A DNA stretch of 64,000 nucleotides, taken from the IMG/VR virus record IMGVR_UViG_3300021430_000595; one strand, given 5' to 3'. Below, one piece after another: positions 39,737 through 50,396 of this stretch. The position numbers and the translations under genes were made by a program. The notes beneath the pieces were generated by a model. That model had not been told where the DNA came from and made no database searches. It was given only the letters and a program-made list of their open reading frames with translations. The stretch's first letter is position 1; each line of letters begins with the position of its first letter. Origin of the DNA: a virus.

Positions 39737-40851
39737 ATTACGTTAAATGGTGATTGGAAAGGTCTGAACTTTAAAGCCTTGTTTAGGTTTTCTGCTTCAT
39801 TGGCCTTTCTTTCCATCATTTTATCCGGTCTTAGTCTTTCCAATCTCCCCATTAGTTCCTCAATTAATTTCAATTTCTCATCTTTACCTTCGGTCAGTAG
39901 GGTGCTGTAATCTAATTTAATAGAACTGTCAGGTACTTGTAAATCACCTGAGAATTTACCCCAAATTCTACCTAAACCTTCTTTTGAGTAAGCAATAAGG
40001 TATTTTCTAACCCAATTCTGTGCGGGTTTATTTAACATATCCCAAGTCAATTCTTCGGTATCAACATCTGAAGGTAATTTAACTATACCACTATTTTTAT
40101 CTAAACAAGTGTCAGTACCTGTTGTATCATAATACCAATACCAAACTTTACTTCTATTGTTTTGTATTGAACCAAAATCAAAACGACCACCCGGTACATT
40201 ATAAAGATGCACAACCTTTGTTCCATTAGGTCCGGCAGTTATTCTGTATGTTAAATCACCACCAATTAGTCGGTTTTTAATATTTCTATCACCCATCCTT
40301 AACAATAAGTCATATGCTGGTAATAGGAAATATGAACCTGACGCTCCTTGTTGTGCAAAACCACCAACACCACCAAATGCAACACCACCAAGACCACCAA
40401 ATCCACCTAAGAATGGGTCAACAATAGAGTCGGTTAATTCCGCTCTTGTGAACCATAAAAGTTCATTTATTTCTCTTCCGGCAGGAATAATATATGTTTG
40501 AGTGTTTGCCGATAATTCAATATAATCTTTTTTTAACTCACTATCACCACCTGTTTGTAAACCAACAATTTTTGAATATGGGTGTGTATATTGTGTCTCA
40601 TAATCTAAACTTCTTGTTGTAAATGCTCTTGTTAATGACTGAGTATCAACATCAAGACCCGCTAATGCAGACCATTGTGATTCAATCAACCAATCACTCA
40701 CATACTGTTCATATTCCGATAGAGAAAGTTCTAAAAACGTGTCCATTTGTTCCTCGGTTAATTCAACCCCTCTAACGGGTAAACCAAGTAAATGAAACAC
40801 TTGTGTGTATAATTTTTGTTTTTCGGTATTTGAAATTACGGTTGTGCTCAT
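39733..40851 (-). CDS. Neck/head-tail adaptor (T4 gp13-like)
   Basis: VELTEEQMD; WVRKYLIAYSKEGLGRIWGKF..LLTEGKDEK. Confidence 0.8.
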   Translation of the reverse strand: MSTTVISNTEKQKLYTQVFHLLGLPVRGVELTEEQMDTFLELSLSEYEQYVSDWLIESQWSALAGLDVDTQSLTRAFTTRSLDYETQYTHPYSKIVGLQTGGDSELKKDYIELSANTQTYIIPAGREINELLWFTRAELTDSIVDPFLGGFGGLGGVAFGGVGGFAQQGASGSYFLLPAYDLLLRMGDRNIKNRLIGGDLTYRITAGPNGTKVVHLYNVPGGRFDFGSIQNNRSKVWYWYYDTTGTDTCLDKNSGIVKLPSDVDTEELTWDMLNKPAQNWVRKYLIAYSKEGLGRIWGKFSGDLQVPDSSIKLDYSTLLTEGKDEKLKLIEELMGRLERLRPDKMMERKANEAENLNKALKFRPFQSPFNVI

Positions 40852-40854
40852 GAT

Positions 40855-40885
40855 TTTGTTTTATCAATAAATATCCGTATATTTG
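40855..40885 (+). promoter_or_regulatory. Bacteroidota-type promoter
   Basis: TTTG 40855-40858, 19-nt spacer, TATATTTG 40878-40885; a divergent TATTTAT (40867-40873, - strand) lies inside the spacer. Confidence 0.7.
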
Positions 40886-40906
40886 TCTTATATAACTCAT
40901 AATTTA

Positions 40907-42073
40907 ATGTTCCCAATAAATGTAAAAAAAAATATTCATTCACACTTTGTACAAATAACAAGTTTTAGTGGTCCGAACAAGAGAAAATTCCTAAAATCAT
41001 GGGAGGAATTGTGTAAGGAAATTTATTCTGAATACAATCAGTATGGTTTCTGCCATAAAAATAATACAACAGGGGTTTTAACTCCAAGAGGTAATTGGTC
41101 TCCTTTGAACCAATTCAACACAAACTATACAATAAACGTCGAATTATCCGAAAAAATAAACGAATGGATTATGAACGACCATATTTTCAGGGGAGTTCAA
41201 GAAATAGACGGTAAGGAAGTGAAACAGATTACATTTGATAAAACCGAATACCCCAATTCTGACGATTATGTTAGTGATGAGATTGATAACTATTTCTTTT
41301 GGTTAAGGTATTATCGTAATAGGATTTTTATTGACCAAAATAATATGGGTCAAAGTGATTTTCTTTACTCTTTATTTGAAACGGCATCCAAAACACTTGG
41401 TTCGGGCACATATGGTGAGTTTTGTATTGAATATTTTTATAAGAAAAAATTTCCATTTTCTAACATTTTTAGAACATCAGTTAAAAGAGGAGATTTAACC
41501 GATATGATTGGTGGTTGTGATTTGTTTATTTATGACAAAGATGACCCGAGTATCATAAAGAAATTTCAATCTAAACTAATCAGGATTGACAATAATAACG
41601 TGTTTAAAAAACACATAGACATAAACACTTACATAAAGAAAGGTATAGACTATCTGGTTTTAGTTGAATTAAACTATGACTTTAAATATGGAAGTATCAA
41701 TCCTAATAAAATGATATTTCTAAGGATTGATGAAGATATGTTAATTAAATTAATAGATGGATATACTTACAACAAAGAAAATTTAATTATGCAAGAAAAA
41801 ATTGACGATATATTTCATTCACAAGTATTTTTCGAATTCTTTATATATTGCACAAAGAATGATGTTGAATTCTCTCTTGAGGTTGGTGATGAGACATCTT
41901 TTGATTTTAAAGAAGAAGAAAGAAAGATAAACGTAATCTTACCTAAAGAGAGTAAAAATTTTAACCCAAACGAAATTAAGGACGTTTGGATTAAAATTAT
42001 TGAATCAATAACAACAAAAGAGGAAGATAAAAAATCTATGTTGAATAAATTAGAGTATCTCTTTAAGGATTGA
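40907..42073 (+). CDS. Hypothetical protein, possible PD-(D/E)xK nuclease fold
   Basis: GTYGE..DMIGGCDLFI..KFQSK motif spacing. Confidence 0.45.
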   Translation: MFPINVKKNIHSHFVQITSFSGPNKRKFLKSWEELCKEIYSEYNQYGFCHKNNTTGVLTPRGNWSPLNQFNTNYTINVELSEKINEWIMNDHIFRGVQEIDGKEVKQITFDKTEYPNSDDYVSDEIDNYFFWLRYYRNRIFIDQNNMGQSDFLYSLFETASKTLGSGTYGEFCIEYFYKKKFPFSNIFRTSVKRGDLTDMIGGCDLFIYDKDDPSIIKKFQSKLIRIDNNNVFKKHIDINTYIKKGIDYLVLVELNYDFKYGSINPNKMIFLRIDEDMLIKLIDGYTYNKENLIMQEKIDDIFHSQVFFEFFIYCTKNDVEFSLEVGDETSFDFKEEERKINVILPKESKNFNPNEIKDVWIKIIESITTKEEDKKSMLNKLEYLFKD

Positions 42074-43804
42074 TTCCGCAAAACTTTCAGAGAACTCACC
42101 GTCACCCATCACTTGGTCAATAATATTCTTTTTCTTTTGTAACATATTGTATACAATTCTTTCAATTGTATTTTCAAATATTGGATAATACACCAAGACG
42201 TTTTTCTTTTGTCCATATCTGAACGCCCTATCTTCCGCTTGACTATGGTGAGCTGGTACAAATGACAAATCGTTCATAATAACAACTTCAGCTTCAGTTA
42301 AGGTAATACCAACACCACCGGCCACAATATTTGAAATGAATAATTTTATTTTCTTTTCATTCTGAAATCTATCAACTGACTGTTGTCTTTTTTCTTTAGA
42401 CATTCTACCATCTAAAACAACAGAATTTTTTTTGTACTTTTCATGCAACATGTCTAAGGTTGAGGTGAAATTTGTAAAGACAATTACTTTCTTATCTTGT
42501 TCCAAACATTTATCAATTAATTCACATGTGTAATTAACCTTTTCCTGTGCAATTATTTGTCTAATTTTCATTAAACGATTAATAGTCACAGAAAGTGATT
42601 CTTTATGTTTATTTTCACTAGTAATTCTCATGAATTCTTCCAATTCTTCATCATAAAAAGTACTTTTTAAATCCAAGAATACAGGTGCAATAATTTTATC
42701 AGGTAAATCCAAGATATCGGTCTTCATTCTTCTTAAAACAAGGTTTTTAGTCCTCATTCTAAGTTCATCTAAATTAGTTGCACCGTCAGTTTTCCAAATC
42801 TTCTTTTTGTTTACAGTAAATTGGTAACCACCACAGTATCTTTTTACATATGATTGCCAATTTAAAGTTACATTTGAATTTACGATTCTCAAAAGATTAT
42901 AGAAATTGATTGGTCGGGATGTCATCGGAGTACCGGTTAACAACCAAACTTTCGGGATTGTCTTTAGAATATCATTAATAAGTTTTGTTCGTTGTGCGGT
43001 ATTGTTTGAAATATAGTGAGCCTCATCAACTATTGCTAAATCAAACTTTTCATTAAGAATTTGGTTGTTTCTTTCTTCACCTATTTCAGGTTCACCAATT
43101 GTGTGGTAGTTTTTCACAATATCATAGTTGATTATATAATAATCAAACGTAGAACCCCATTTTCTACCCTCAACAATCAATGTTTTTCTGTTAGAATAGT
43201 TTTCAATCTCTCTCTGCCAGTTTATTTTTAATGTTGCGGGACAAATGATTAAAATCTTTTTAGCACCACTTTCCAATGATGCGATGATTGCAGACGTTGT
43301 TTTACCTAAACCCATATCATCAGCAAGGATATACTTGTCATTCGCCAATAATTTCTCAATCGCAACCTTTTGGTGAGGTAATGGGGGTCTTTTAGAATAA
43401 GGACTGTAGTCAACTTCTCTATTTAATTTCTTCTCCTCTTGAATGATTGCAAATTTAGGTAACCACATTGCGTGGTTTTTTTCAGTATCTATAACTCTAC
43501 CCCAAATATGGTAAGCCATGTCACTTTCACATAGTAATTTTTCACACCATATTTTATCAGGTACTTTAGTTAGGTGTTTTGATTGCATCAATTTCTCACC
43601 GAAATTTTCAACAATCGAGATATATTTTTTTGCAACACGAGGAACTACCTCATGGTATTTCAGAACATATTCAGCTTGTGGACGAGTAAGTTGAAAATTT
43701 TTCATTTCCTCAAACTTTTTCTTCCATTCGAGCAATTGGTTATTAAAACCTTGGTATCTATTTAATATGTCCCTAGCTTCTATTTCAGGAATGTTAGTCT
43801 GCAT
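42050..43804 (-). CDS. SNF2/SMARCAL1-like helicase
   Basis: LADDMGLGKT, VDEAH, LTGTP, GGVGITLT, QAEDRAFRYGQ; ATG at 43804. Confidence 0.92.
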   Translation of the reverse strand: MQTNIPEIEARDILNRYQGFNNQLLEWKKKFEEMKNFQLTRPQAEYVLKYHEVVPRVAKKYISIVENFGEKLMQSKHLTKVPDKIWCEKLLCESDMAYHIWGRVIDTEKNHAMWLPKFAIIQEEKKLNREVDYSPYSKRPPLPHQKVAIEKLLANDKYILADDMGLGKTTSAIIASLESGAKKILIICPATLKINWQREIENYSNRKTLIVEGRKWGSTFDYYIINYDIVKNYHTIGEPEIGEERNNQILNEKFDLAIVDEAHYISNNTAQRTKLINDILKTIPKVWLLTGTPMTSRPINFYNLLRIVNSNVTLNWQSYVKRYCGGYQFTVNKKKIWKTDGATNLDELRMRTKNLVLRRMKTDILDLPDKIIAPVFLDLKSTFYDEELEEFMRITSENKHKESLSVTINRLMKIRQIIAQEKVNYTCELIDKCLEQDKKVIVFTNFTSTLDMLHEKYKKNSVVLDGRMSKEKRQQSVDRFQNEKKIKLFISNIVAGGVGITLTEAEVVIMNDLSFVPAHHSQAEDRAFRYGQKKNVLVYYPIFENTIERIVYNMLQKKKNIIDQVMGDGEFSESFAESILKEIL

Positions 43805-43857
43805 ACAATACTTTAAATATAAAGAAATAGATTCAATAATGGAACTATTTATATGAT

Positions 43858-44370
43858 ATGAAAAATAAATTACCAATCACAAGAATTAGTAAATTTTGGT
43901 CACAAACAGACTTTGACCTTAATATTCAAATGGGTGAAGAATATCTTCATGGTGATTTGGGTATGAAATTGGTACTATTTAGAGTAGACAGACAAAAAAC
44001 TGATACTGACAACGTTTATGGTGAAGTGGGTAAAGACCAAATAAAGTTTTTACCACCTGTTGAATTTTATGGTCTAGTTAAAATAGATGAACCTAAAAAT
44101 AATTCATATAATAAGGGTGTAAATAGATACTTAGAACCCGGTAATATGACATTATCCGTTTACTTGAAACATCTTCAAGAGTTGGATATTGATATTAGAT
44201 ACGGTGATTTTATCGGATACCCCGAATCTGAGGAAAAAATTAGATATTACACCGTAACAAACGATGGGAAAGTAACATCAGATAATAAACACAATATGTT
44301 TGGTTATAAACCTTTCTATAGAACAATAACGTGTGTACCAGCACAAGAATCTGAATTTAGAGGAATTTAA
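43858..44370 (+). CDS. Neck/head closure protein (gp14-like)
   Basis: DNVYGEV, IRYGDFI; position before the tail terminator. Confidence 0.6.
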   Translation: MKNKLPITRISKFWSQTDFDLNIQMGEEYLHGDLGMKLVLFRVDRQKTDTDNVYGEVGKDQIKFLPPVEFYGLVKIDEPKNNSYNKGVNRYLEPGNMTLSVYLKHLQELDIDIRYGDFIGYPESEEKIRYYTVTNDGKVTSDNKHNMFGYKPFYRTITCVPAQESEFRGI

Positions 44371-44372
44371 TT

Positions 44373-46823
44373 ATGGGATTACCAAAAAGAAAAACAAATA
44401 TTAAAGTATACGGTGCAAATAAAAATACCGATGGTCCTGCGGTAGTTGGTAGAAGAAAAGAGTTATTAGAAGAAATAATAAAATCTGACACTTTTCTACC
44501 TGATTCCATATTGCACGATGACCTCGATTTAGGTATGCTTGAATTTGTACAGGAAAACTTTAAAGTGATTTCTGATGGTGAACAAATACCTGTTATTCCA
44601 AAAATATTAACAATTCAAAGATGGGCGGAATATACAAATAATTGGTCTTTTTCTGATGATGATGGTAATATTAAGTTACCATTCGTTGCTGTTGTGAGAA
44701 AACCTGACGTTCAGTTAGGTACAAACCCGTCTATACAAAGAACAATACCCGATAGAAGAGATTTCTTTTATGCTTCAGTTCCAACATGGGACGGTAATCA
44801 AATGGGTGCGGACATCTATAAAATACCTCAACCTATTGCAGTTGATATAAGTTTTGATGTAACAATTATATGTACTAAATTTAGAGACATTAACAAGTTC
44901 AACCAAAAGGTTTTACAAAAATTCTCATCAAGACAAGCATACACAAGAGTTAAAGGACATTATATTCCAATTATTTTAGATAGGATTGAAGATAATACAC
45001 CAATGGACACATTAGATGGTAGAAGATTTTATGTTCAAAATTATTCTTTCACCATGTTGGGATTCTTGATTGATGAAGAAGAATTCGATGTTTCACCGGC
45101 AATTGCTAGGTCTATCTTAATGAGTGAGGTTGATACAAGAGCAACTAAATTAAGTAAAAAATCTAATCCAATAACTATTAGAAGTAATTACTCAAGTGGT
45201 TCAATTATTGCAAATTATAGTGCAACATCATTATTTAAAGTGGATAAAACTATTAAGATTTCTTTTAATGATGTTTTAGAAAAAACAAATGGTGATGATG
45301 TGATTATACCTGTTGATATTTTCATTGATACGAATCAAATGTCAGGTACAACTCAATATGTGGTTAATGAAAATTATAATAACTTAACATTTAATAATAC
45401 GTTTAGTGGAATCACAATAGACTCAATAGGTAAGACAAAGTATAATTTCAGTTATCAAACAGAATCAACTTTTCAACCAATCATTACTCCAACACCAACA
45501 CCAACACCTAGCGTAACATCAACACCAACACCGTCGATAACCAATAGTGTTACACCAACTCCAAGTGTTACCCCATCGATAACCAATAGTGTTACCCCGA
45601 CTTCAAGTGTTACCCCATCAGTAACTCCGAGTATTACTCCGTCGATAACTAATAGTGTTACACCAACTCCGAGTACTACTCCATCGGTGACACCAACTAT
45701 CACACCAACACCGAGCGTTACCAAAACCCCAACACCTTCCTCAATGGCGGATGATAAACTTTTAATTACGGGTGGATTTGGTACATATAATGGTGCAATT
45801 CATAACAACATAGTTAAATTAAATTCAGATGGTTCTGTTGATAATACATTCAATAGTGGTACCGGATTTAATACTTTTTTAGAAAATCACGTAGTTTATA
45901 ACAATAAGATATATGGTACGGGATATTTTACATCATATAGTGGTTCAACATCTAATTATGTCGTTAGATTAAATTTAGATGGTTCAATTGATAACACATT
46001 TAATATTGGAACAGGATTTAATAACATTACAAAATGTGTTGTTCCACAACCAGATGGTAAGTTGTTAATTGGTGGATTTTTTACATCGTATAGTGGTGAT
46101 ACATCAGCCACTAGAATAGTTAGGTTAAATTCCGATGGTAGTGTTGATAAAACATTTAGTGGTGCCACATCAACTATTTTATCATCGACCGTTTATGATA
46201 TCAGTTTACAATCAGATGGTAAAATGATTCTTTGTGGTGTTATGACTCTTAAAAGAATTGAAAGACTTAACCCTGATAAAAGCTACGACGTTAGTTTTAA
46301 TACAACAATAGGTGTTGGTTTTAATGCTCTAACATATATGTCATCAGTACAATCTGATGGTAAGATTGTTGTTGGTGGTGATTTTACAACTTTCAGTGGA
46401 GTAACATCTAATAGAATAATAAGGTTAAATTCCGATGGTTCAATTGATAACACATTTAATATTGGAACAGGATTTAATAATGGTGTTTATTTTGTGTCAG
46501 CACTCTCAGATGGTAAAATAATGGTTGGAGGTAATTTCACTTCATATAATGGAACATCTGTGAATCGAATTGTAAGATTGAATTCGGACGGTTCAATCGA
46601 CAATACGTTTAATATTGGTACAGGATTTGATAATCAAGTGCTTAGTATTTATGTTCAGACAAATAGTAAAATATTGGTAAGTGGTAATTTCACTTCATAT
46701 AATGGAACATCTGTAGATAAAATTGTAAGATTGTTCTCTGATGGAACATTAGATACAACACTTAATACCGGCACAGGATTTAGTTCAGGGGCAACTGTTA
46801 CAACAATAACACCAATACCGTAA
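44373..46823 (+). CDS. Tail terminator (gp15-like) fused to a Pro-Thr-Ser stalk and delta-60-type beta-propeller
   Basis: [22 protein letters not shown] in the N-terminus; TPTPSVT stalk; [15 protein letters not shown]..[14 protein letters not shown] repeats. Confidence 0.75.
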   Translation: MGLPKRKTNIKVYGANKNTDGPAVVGRRKELLEEIIKSDTFLPDSILHDDLDLGMLEFVQENFKVISDGEQIPVIPKILTIQRWAEYTNNWSFSDDDGNIKLPFVAVVRKPDVQLGTNPSIQRTIPDRRDFFYASVPTWDGNQMGADIYKIPQPIAVDISFDVTIICTKFRDINKFNQKVLQKFSSRQAYTRVKGHYIPIILDRIEDNTPMDTLDGRRFYVQNYSFTMLGFLIDEEEFDVSPAIARSILMSEVDTRATKLSKKSNPITIRSNYSSGSIIANYSATSLFKVDKTIKISFNDVLEKTNGDDVIIPVDIFIDTNQMSGTTQYVVNENYNNLTFNNTFSGITIDSIGKTKYNFSYQTESTFQPIITPTPTPTPSVTSTPTPSITNSVTPTPSVTPSITNSVTPTSSVTPSVTPSITPSITNSVTPTPSTTPSVTPTITPTPSVTKTPTPSSMADDKLLITGGFGTYNGAIHNNIVKLNSDGSVDNTFNSGTGFNTFLENHVVYNNKIYGTGYFTSYSGSTSNYVVRLNLDGSIDNTFNIGTGFNNITKCVVPQPDGKLLIGGFFTSYSGDTSATRIVRLNSDGSVDKTFSGATSTILSSTVYDISLQSDGKMILCGVMTLKRIERLNPDKSYDVSFNTTIGVGFNALTYMSSVQSDGKIVVGGDFTTFSGVTSNRIIRLNSDGSIDNTFNIGTGFNNGVYFVSALSDGKIMVGGNFTSYNGTSVNRIVRLNSDGSIDNTFNIGTGFDNQVLSIYVQTNSKILVSGNFTSYNGTSVDKIVRLFSDGTLDTTLNTGTGFSSGATVTTITPIP
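45482..45741 (+). repeat. Mucin-like TPTPS(V/I)TNSV repeat
   Basis: About 85 codons almost entirely T/P/S/V/I/N. Confidence 0.9.
45751..46800 (+). repeat. About 7 delta-60-like repeats (~50 aa)
   Basis: Recurrent [20 protein letters not shown]; some copies near-identical in DNA (e.g. ~45978-46024 vs ~46434-46480). Confidence 0.85.
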
Positions 46824-46828
46824 AAAAT

Positions 46829-47056
46829 ATGACAATACAAGAATTTTTAAACGAAAAAACGTGTTCACATATTGAAATATGTGAAAATTTAATAATTAAT
46901 TTAGTTGTTGATGATGTGGTATACGGTATTAATGTCGACACATCCCATATCGAATCGTCATTAATTTTGGAAAGAACTGATAATTTTATTATCGAGGGAA
47001 ATTCTTTAATTAGTGGTAATATTGTTATTGATATTACATCAACAAATATGTTGTAA
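46829..47056 (+). CDS. Small hypothetical protein
   Basis: 75-aa ORF with an A-rich start context. Confidence 0.45.
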   Translation: MTIQEFLNEKTCSHIEICENLIINLVVDDVVYGINVDTSHIESSLILERTDNFIIEGNSLISGNIVIDITSTNML

Positions 47057-47233
47057 TTAATCTCCGTAGATATCCTTCTTCTTTGATATCTCATTAACCT
47101 TGTTTGGTTTACAAGTATCATCTATCCATTTTTGGATTACCTTATAAATTTTCAATCCGTTTTTGTCACAATACTCTTTGAGCATATTGTGGTGCTTCTC
47201 ACTAATCTTAACGTTTTTAAAGGGTTCTGACAT
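47057..47233 (-). CDS. Ribbon-helix-helix-like protein (58 aa, absent from ORF track)
   Basis: MSEPFKNVKISEKHHNMLKEYCDKNGLKIYKVIQKWIDDTCKPNKVNEISKKKDIYGD; TATTTAT 7 nt upstream. Confidence 0.7.
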   Translation of the reverse strand: MSEPFKNVKISEKHHNMLKEYCDKNGLKIYKVIQKWIDDTCKPNKVNEISKKKDIYGD

Positions 47234-47256
47234 ATCAAAGATAAATATAGATAGAA

Positions 47257-47276
47257 AAGGATAATTTACTATCCTT
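47257..47276. promoter_or_regulatory. Inverted repeat AAGGATA-N6-TATCCTT, candidate operator
   Basis: Lies between the divergent RHH and sheath promoters. Confidence 0.4.
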
Positions 47277-47371
47277 AAATATAATTTTTCGAAAAATCAA
47301 GGAAATCTTTGCTAAAAACAAAGATATTTATTGATAAAGAAATAAAATATTAACAACCAAACAATTTAAAA

Positions 47372-50224
47372 ATGGCAAATTCAAATAGAGTTTTTGTGTC
47401 TCCGGGTGTCTATACTTCGGAAAAGGATTTAACCTTCGTTGCACAAAGCGTTGGTGTAAGCACATTAGGTTTGGTGGGTGAAACCTTAAAAGGTCCCGCT
47501 TTTGAACCTATCCTAATAACAAGTTATGATGAATTTAGGTCATATTTTGGTAACACAAGTCCGTTGAAAGATGGAAATGGTAACCCAAAATATGAATTAC
47601 CTTATTTCGCAAAATCATATTTAGAAGAATCGAATCAATTATTTGTAACAAGAATATTGGGTCTTACAGGTTACAAACCAGTTAAGACATTCGGTATACA
47701 AACAATAGGGGGTATTGTTTTGGGTGATTACAGTGGTTCAACTAGTGGTACTACAGTTCCGACATTAACGGGCGTAACAGGAAGTACATTCTACACCGAA
47801 TTATCTGATAAGGTATCGGTTGATGGTTCTTTCATTACAGATTACATCGTTTCAAATTATAGTGGTAACACATCGGCTCAACACGGTCAATGGTTCGTTA
47901 TGGGTTTAGTACCTGATTCATCTATCGTAAGTTTAACCGCCTCACTTGAGGAAACTTCTCCTTTAACAGGTTTAAGTAACGCAACAAACAATAACGGTAA
48001 AGAATGGTATAACGTACTTGTGAATAACACAAATGATGAAGTTTATTCTTACTTATTTGTTTACAATAGTGGAACATCAGAATTTGATGTGACAAGATTT
48101 ACATATGAAGCATCATTAAATACAGATTACGATGGTAAGGTTGTTGTGGCTTTCAGGTCAAGAGGTTCTTACTCAGGACAGGTTCTTAACTTAGAAGTAA
48201 CAGGAAACACAAGTTTTGTAATTAGTGGTAGTGGTTTATCTGTAAACCCTCTATCTGAATTTACCGTGAATGTTACAGGTTCAACAAGTGGTGCTAAAAC
48301 ATTCACTTGTAGTATGGATAATACATCATCAAAATACGTAACAAAAGTATTTGGTACTGATGTATATGACAAATTAAGAAGTGAAGTTCCGGTTTATGTT
48401 TATGAATCATATCCAAACTTCCTATCTGAAGCATATAAACAAGGTTTTGTTAGAGGTTTAAGTTTAACTGAAGTGTTTGAAGATGATGGTAACTCATTCT
48501 TAACAAGATGGGACACACCAATCTCTCCAACAGTAGTTTCTGAAGTTCGTGGTGGTGAAGTTGATGACCTATTTGATATAATCACAATTTCAGATGGTGA
48601 GTCAGGTAATTATGAAGTTAAAATTTCAATTATCAATATTAACATTGATACAGCAGAATTCGACTTAATTGTTCGTGACTTTAATGATACTGATGATAAC
48701 TTAGTTGTTCTTGAAAAATTCTCAAGATGTTCAATGAATCCTGATTTACCGGGTTACGTTGCAAGAAAAATCGGTACTTCAGATGGTGAATATGAATTAC
48801 GTTCAAGATACATTATGTTATCAATGTCACCTAATCACCCTGTAGATGCATATCCAGCTGGTTTCAAAGGATTCACTGCAAATACTTCTTTTGGTTCAGC
48901 GAAAACTTTAGGTTCGGTGATGTATAAAACAGAATTTTACGATGCCGGTGATACTATAGGTTACGAAGCAGACGGAACACCTATCATATCTTCAGGAGAT
49001 AAAGTAAGAAGAACGTACTTTGGTTTATCAAATCAAGTAAATCAAGTGAGTTTTGATAGAGATTTATTCAAATTTAAAGGAACAAGTGCTGTAGGTTCTA
49101 CGGATGGTTTCCACTTATCAACAAATGCATCAACTATCACAGGTACAACATATCAAACAACATCTTATGATTTAGAAGGTCAAACAGGTGTTGATAACGT
49201 ACTAACAAACATTAACTACCGTAAATTTACATTGGCAGTTGGTGGAGGTTTTGACGGTTGGGACATTTATAGAAATGTTAGAACCTACGGAGATGCTTAT
49301 ATCTTCGGTAAATCAACATATACAAGTGGTAACACAAACAATGGTGGGGTGTTCAACCCAACTGTTGGTAACTCAGATTATTACGCATACCAACAAGGTA
49401 TTGATGTGTTTTCAAATCCTGAAGCGGTTGATATCAATATATTTGCAACTCCGGGTATTAACTTCTATGACCATAGTTCATTAACAGCATACGCAATCGA
49501 CATGATTGAAGAAGATAGAGCGGATTCATTATATGTAATGTCTTCACCTAACTTAACTACAGCTGATGAGGTTATAGATGCGTTAGACGGTGTGTCAATT
49601 GACAGTAACTATTCAGCAACATATTGGCCATGGATACAGGTTAGAGATGTGGATAACGCAACTCAATTATATGTTCCACCAACAGGTGAAGTATTAAGAA
49701 ATATCGCGTTAACCGATAATGTATCGTTCCCTTGGTTCGCAGTAGCTGGTTATTCAAGAGGTTTAGTTAATTCAATTAAAGCATATAAGAAATTAACTCT
49801 TGATGAAAGAGATGACCTATATAAGAATAGAATTAACCCAATCGCAACCTTCGCGGACACAGGAACAATAATTTGGGGTAACAAAACACTTCAAGTTAGA
49901 GAATCTGCGTTGGATAGAATTAACGTAAGAAGATTACTATTGAGAGCAAGAAAATTAATCTCAGCAGTTGCGGTTAGATTACTATTCGAACAAAATGACG
50001 AACAAGTTCGTAATGAATTCTTGAGATTGGTTAACCCAATTCTTGAAGCGATTAAGAGAGAAAGAGGTTTATTTGAATTCCGTGTAACAGTATCTAATGA
50101 CCCAGAGGACATTGATGCAAATACATTGAGAGGTAAAATCTATATCAAACCTACTCGTTCACTTGAATTCATCGATGTTGAGTTCATAATTACACCAACA
50201 GGAGCATCATTTGATAACATTTAA
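47372..50224 (+). CDS. Tail sheath protein (gp18-like)
   Basis: FVSPGVYTSEKD, GPAFEP, YWPW, PWFAVAG, INPI, WGNKTL, RINVRRL, KPTRSLEFI. Confidence 0.96.
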   Translation: MANSNRVFVSPGVYTSEKDLTFVAQSVGVSTLGLVGETLKGPAFEPILITSYDEFRSYFGNTSPLKDGNGNPKYELPYFAKSYLEESNQLFVTRILGLTGYKPVKTFGIQTIGGIVLGDYSGSTSGTTVPTLTGVTGSTFYTELSDKVSVDGSFITDYIVSNYSGNTSAQHGQWFVMGLVPDSSIVSLTASLEETSPLTGLSNATNNNGKEWYNVLVNNTNDEVYSYLFVYNSGTSEFDVTRFTYEASLNTDYDGKVVVAFRSRGSYSGQVLNLEVTGNTSFVISGSGLSVNPLSEFTVNVTGSTSGAKTFTCSMDNTSSKYVTKVFGTDVYDKLRSEVPVYVYESYPNFLSEAYKQGFVRGLSLTEVFEDDGNSFLTRWDTPISPTVVSEVRGGEVDDLFDIITISDGESGNYEVKISIININIDTAEFDLIVRDFNDTDDNLVVLEKFSRCSMNPDLPGYVARKIGTSDGEYELRSRYIMLSMSPNHPVDAYPAGFKGFTANTSFGSAKTLGSVMYKTEFYDAGDTIGYEADGTPIISSGDKVRRTYFGLSNQVNQVSFDRDLFKFKGTSAVGSTDGFHLSTNASTITGTTYQTTSYDLEGQTGVDNVLTNINYRKFTLAVGGGFDGWDIYRNVRTYGDAYIFGKSTYTSGNTNNGGVFNPTVGNSDYYAYQQGIDVFSNPEAVDINIFATPGINFYDHSSLTAYAIDMIEEDRADSLYVMSSPNLTTADEVIDALDGVSIDSNYSATYWPWIQVRDVDNATQLYVPPTGEVLRNIALTDNVSFPWFAVAGYSRGLVNSIKAYKKLTLDERDDLYKNRINPIATFADTGTIIWGNKTLQVRESALDRINVRRLLLRARKLISAVAVRLLFEQNDEQVRNEFLRLVNPILEAIKRERGLFEFRVTVSNDPEDIDANTLRGKIYIKPTRSLEFIDVEFIITPTGASFDNI

Positions 50225-50229
50225 TAGTG

Positions 50230-50250
50230 AAGGGGGGTAACTCCCCCTTT
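50230..50250 (+). terminator. Terminator-like hairpin after sheath
   Basis: aagggggg-taac-tcccccttt. Confidence 0.7.
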
Positions 50251-50251
50251 A

Positions 50252-50267
50252 TGTTTTACGTGGAACA
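50252..50267. promoter_or_regulatory. parS-like palindrome TGTTTTACGTGGAACA
   Basis: 15/16 match to the chromosomal parS variant TGTTTCACGTGGAACA; intergenic. Confidence 0.6.
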
Positions 50268-50301
50268 ATAAAAATATAATGAATTTAAACTTATAAATCA
50301 C

Positions 50302-50396
50302 CCAGTATATGCACCAGTATTCTAGTTCTAGTTTTTCTAGTTTATTTAATTCTAGATATGAAAGACTAGTTAATATTGGAACCTAGTATACTAGTA
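50302..50396. repeat. Cluster of nine C(T/C)AG(T) motifs
   Basis: CCAGTA at 50302 and 50314; CTAG at 50322, 50328, 50337, 50352, 50366, 50383, 50391. Confidence 0.8.

Noticed and set aside
4445-43804. Inteins or group I introns in terminase, polymerase or helicase
   Set aside because: Catalytic motifs are contiguous; no splice-junction motifs or interrupted frames seen.
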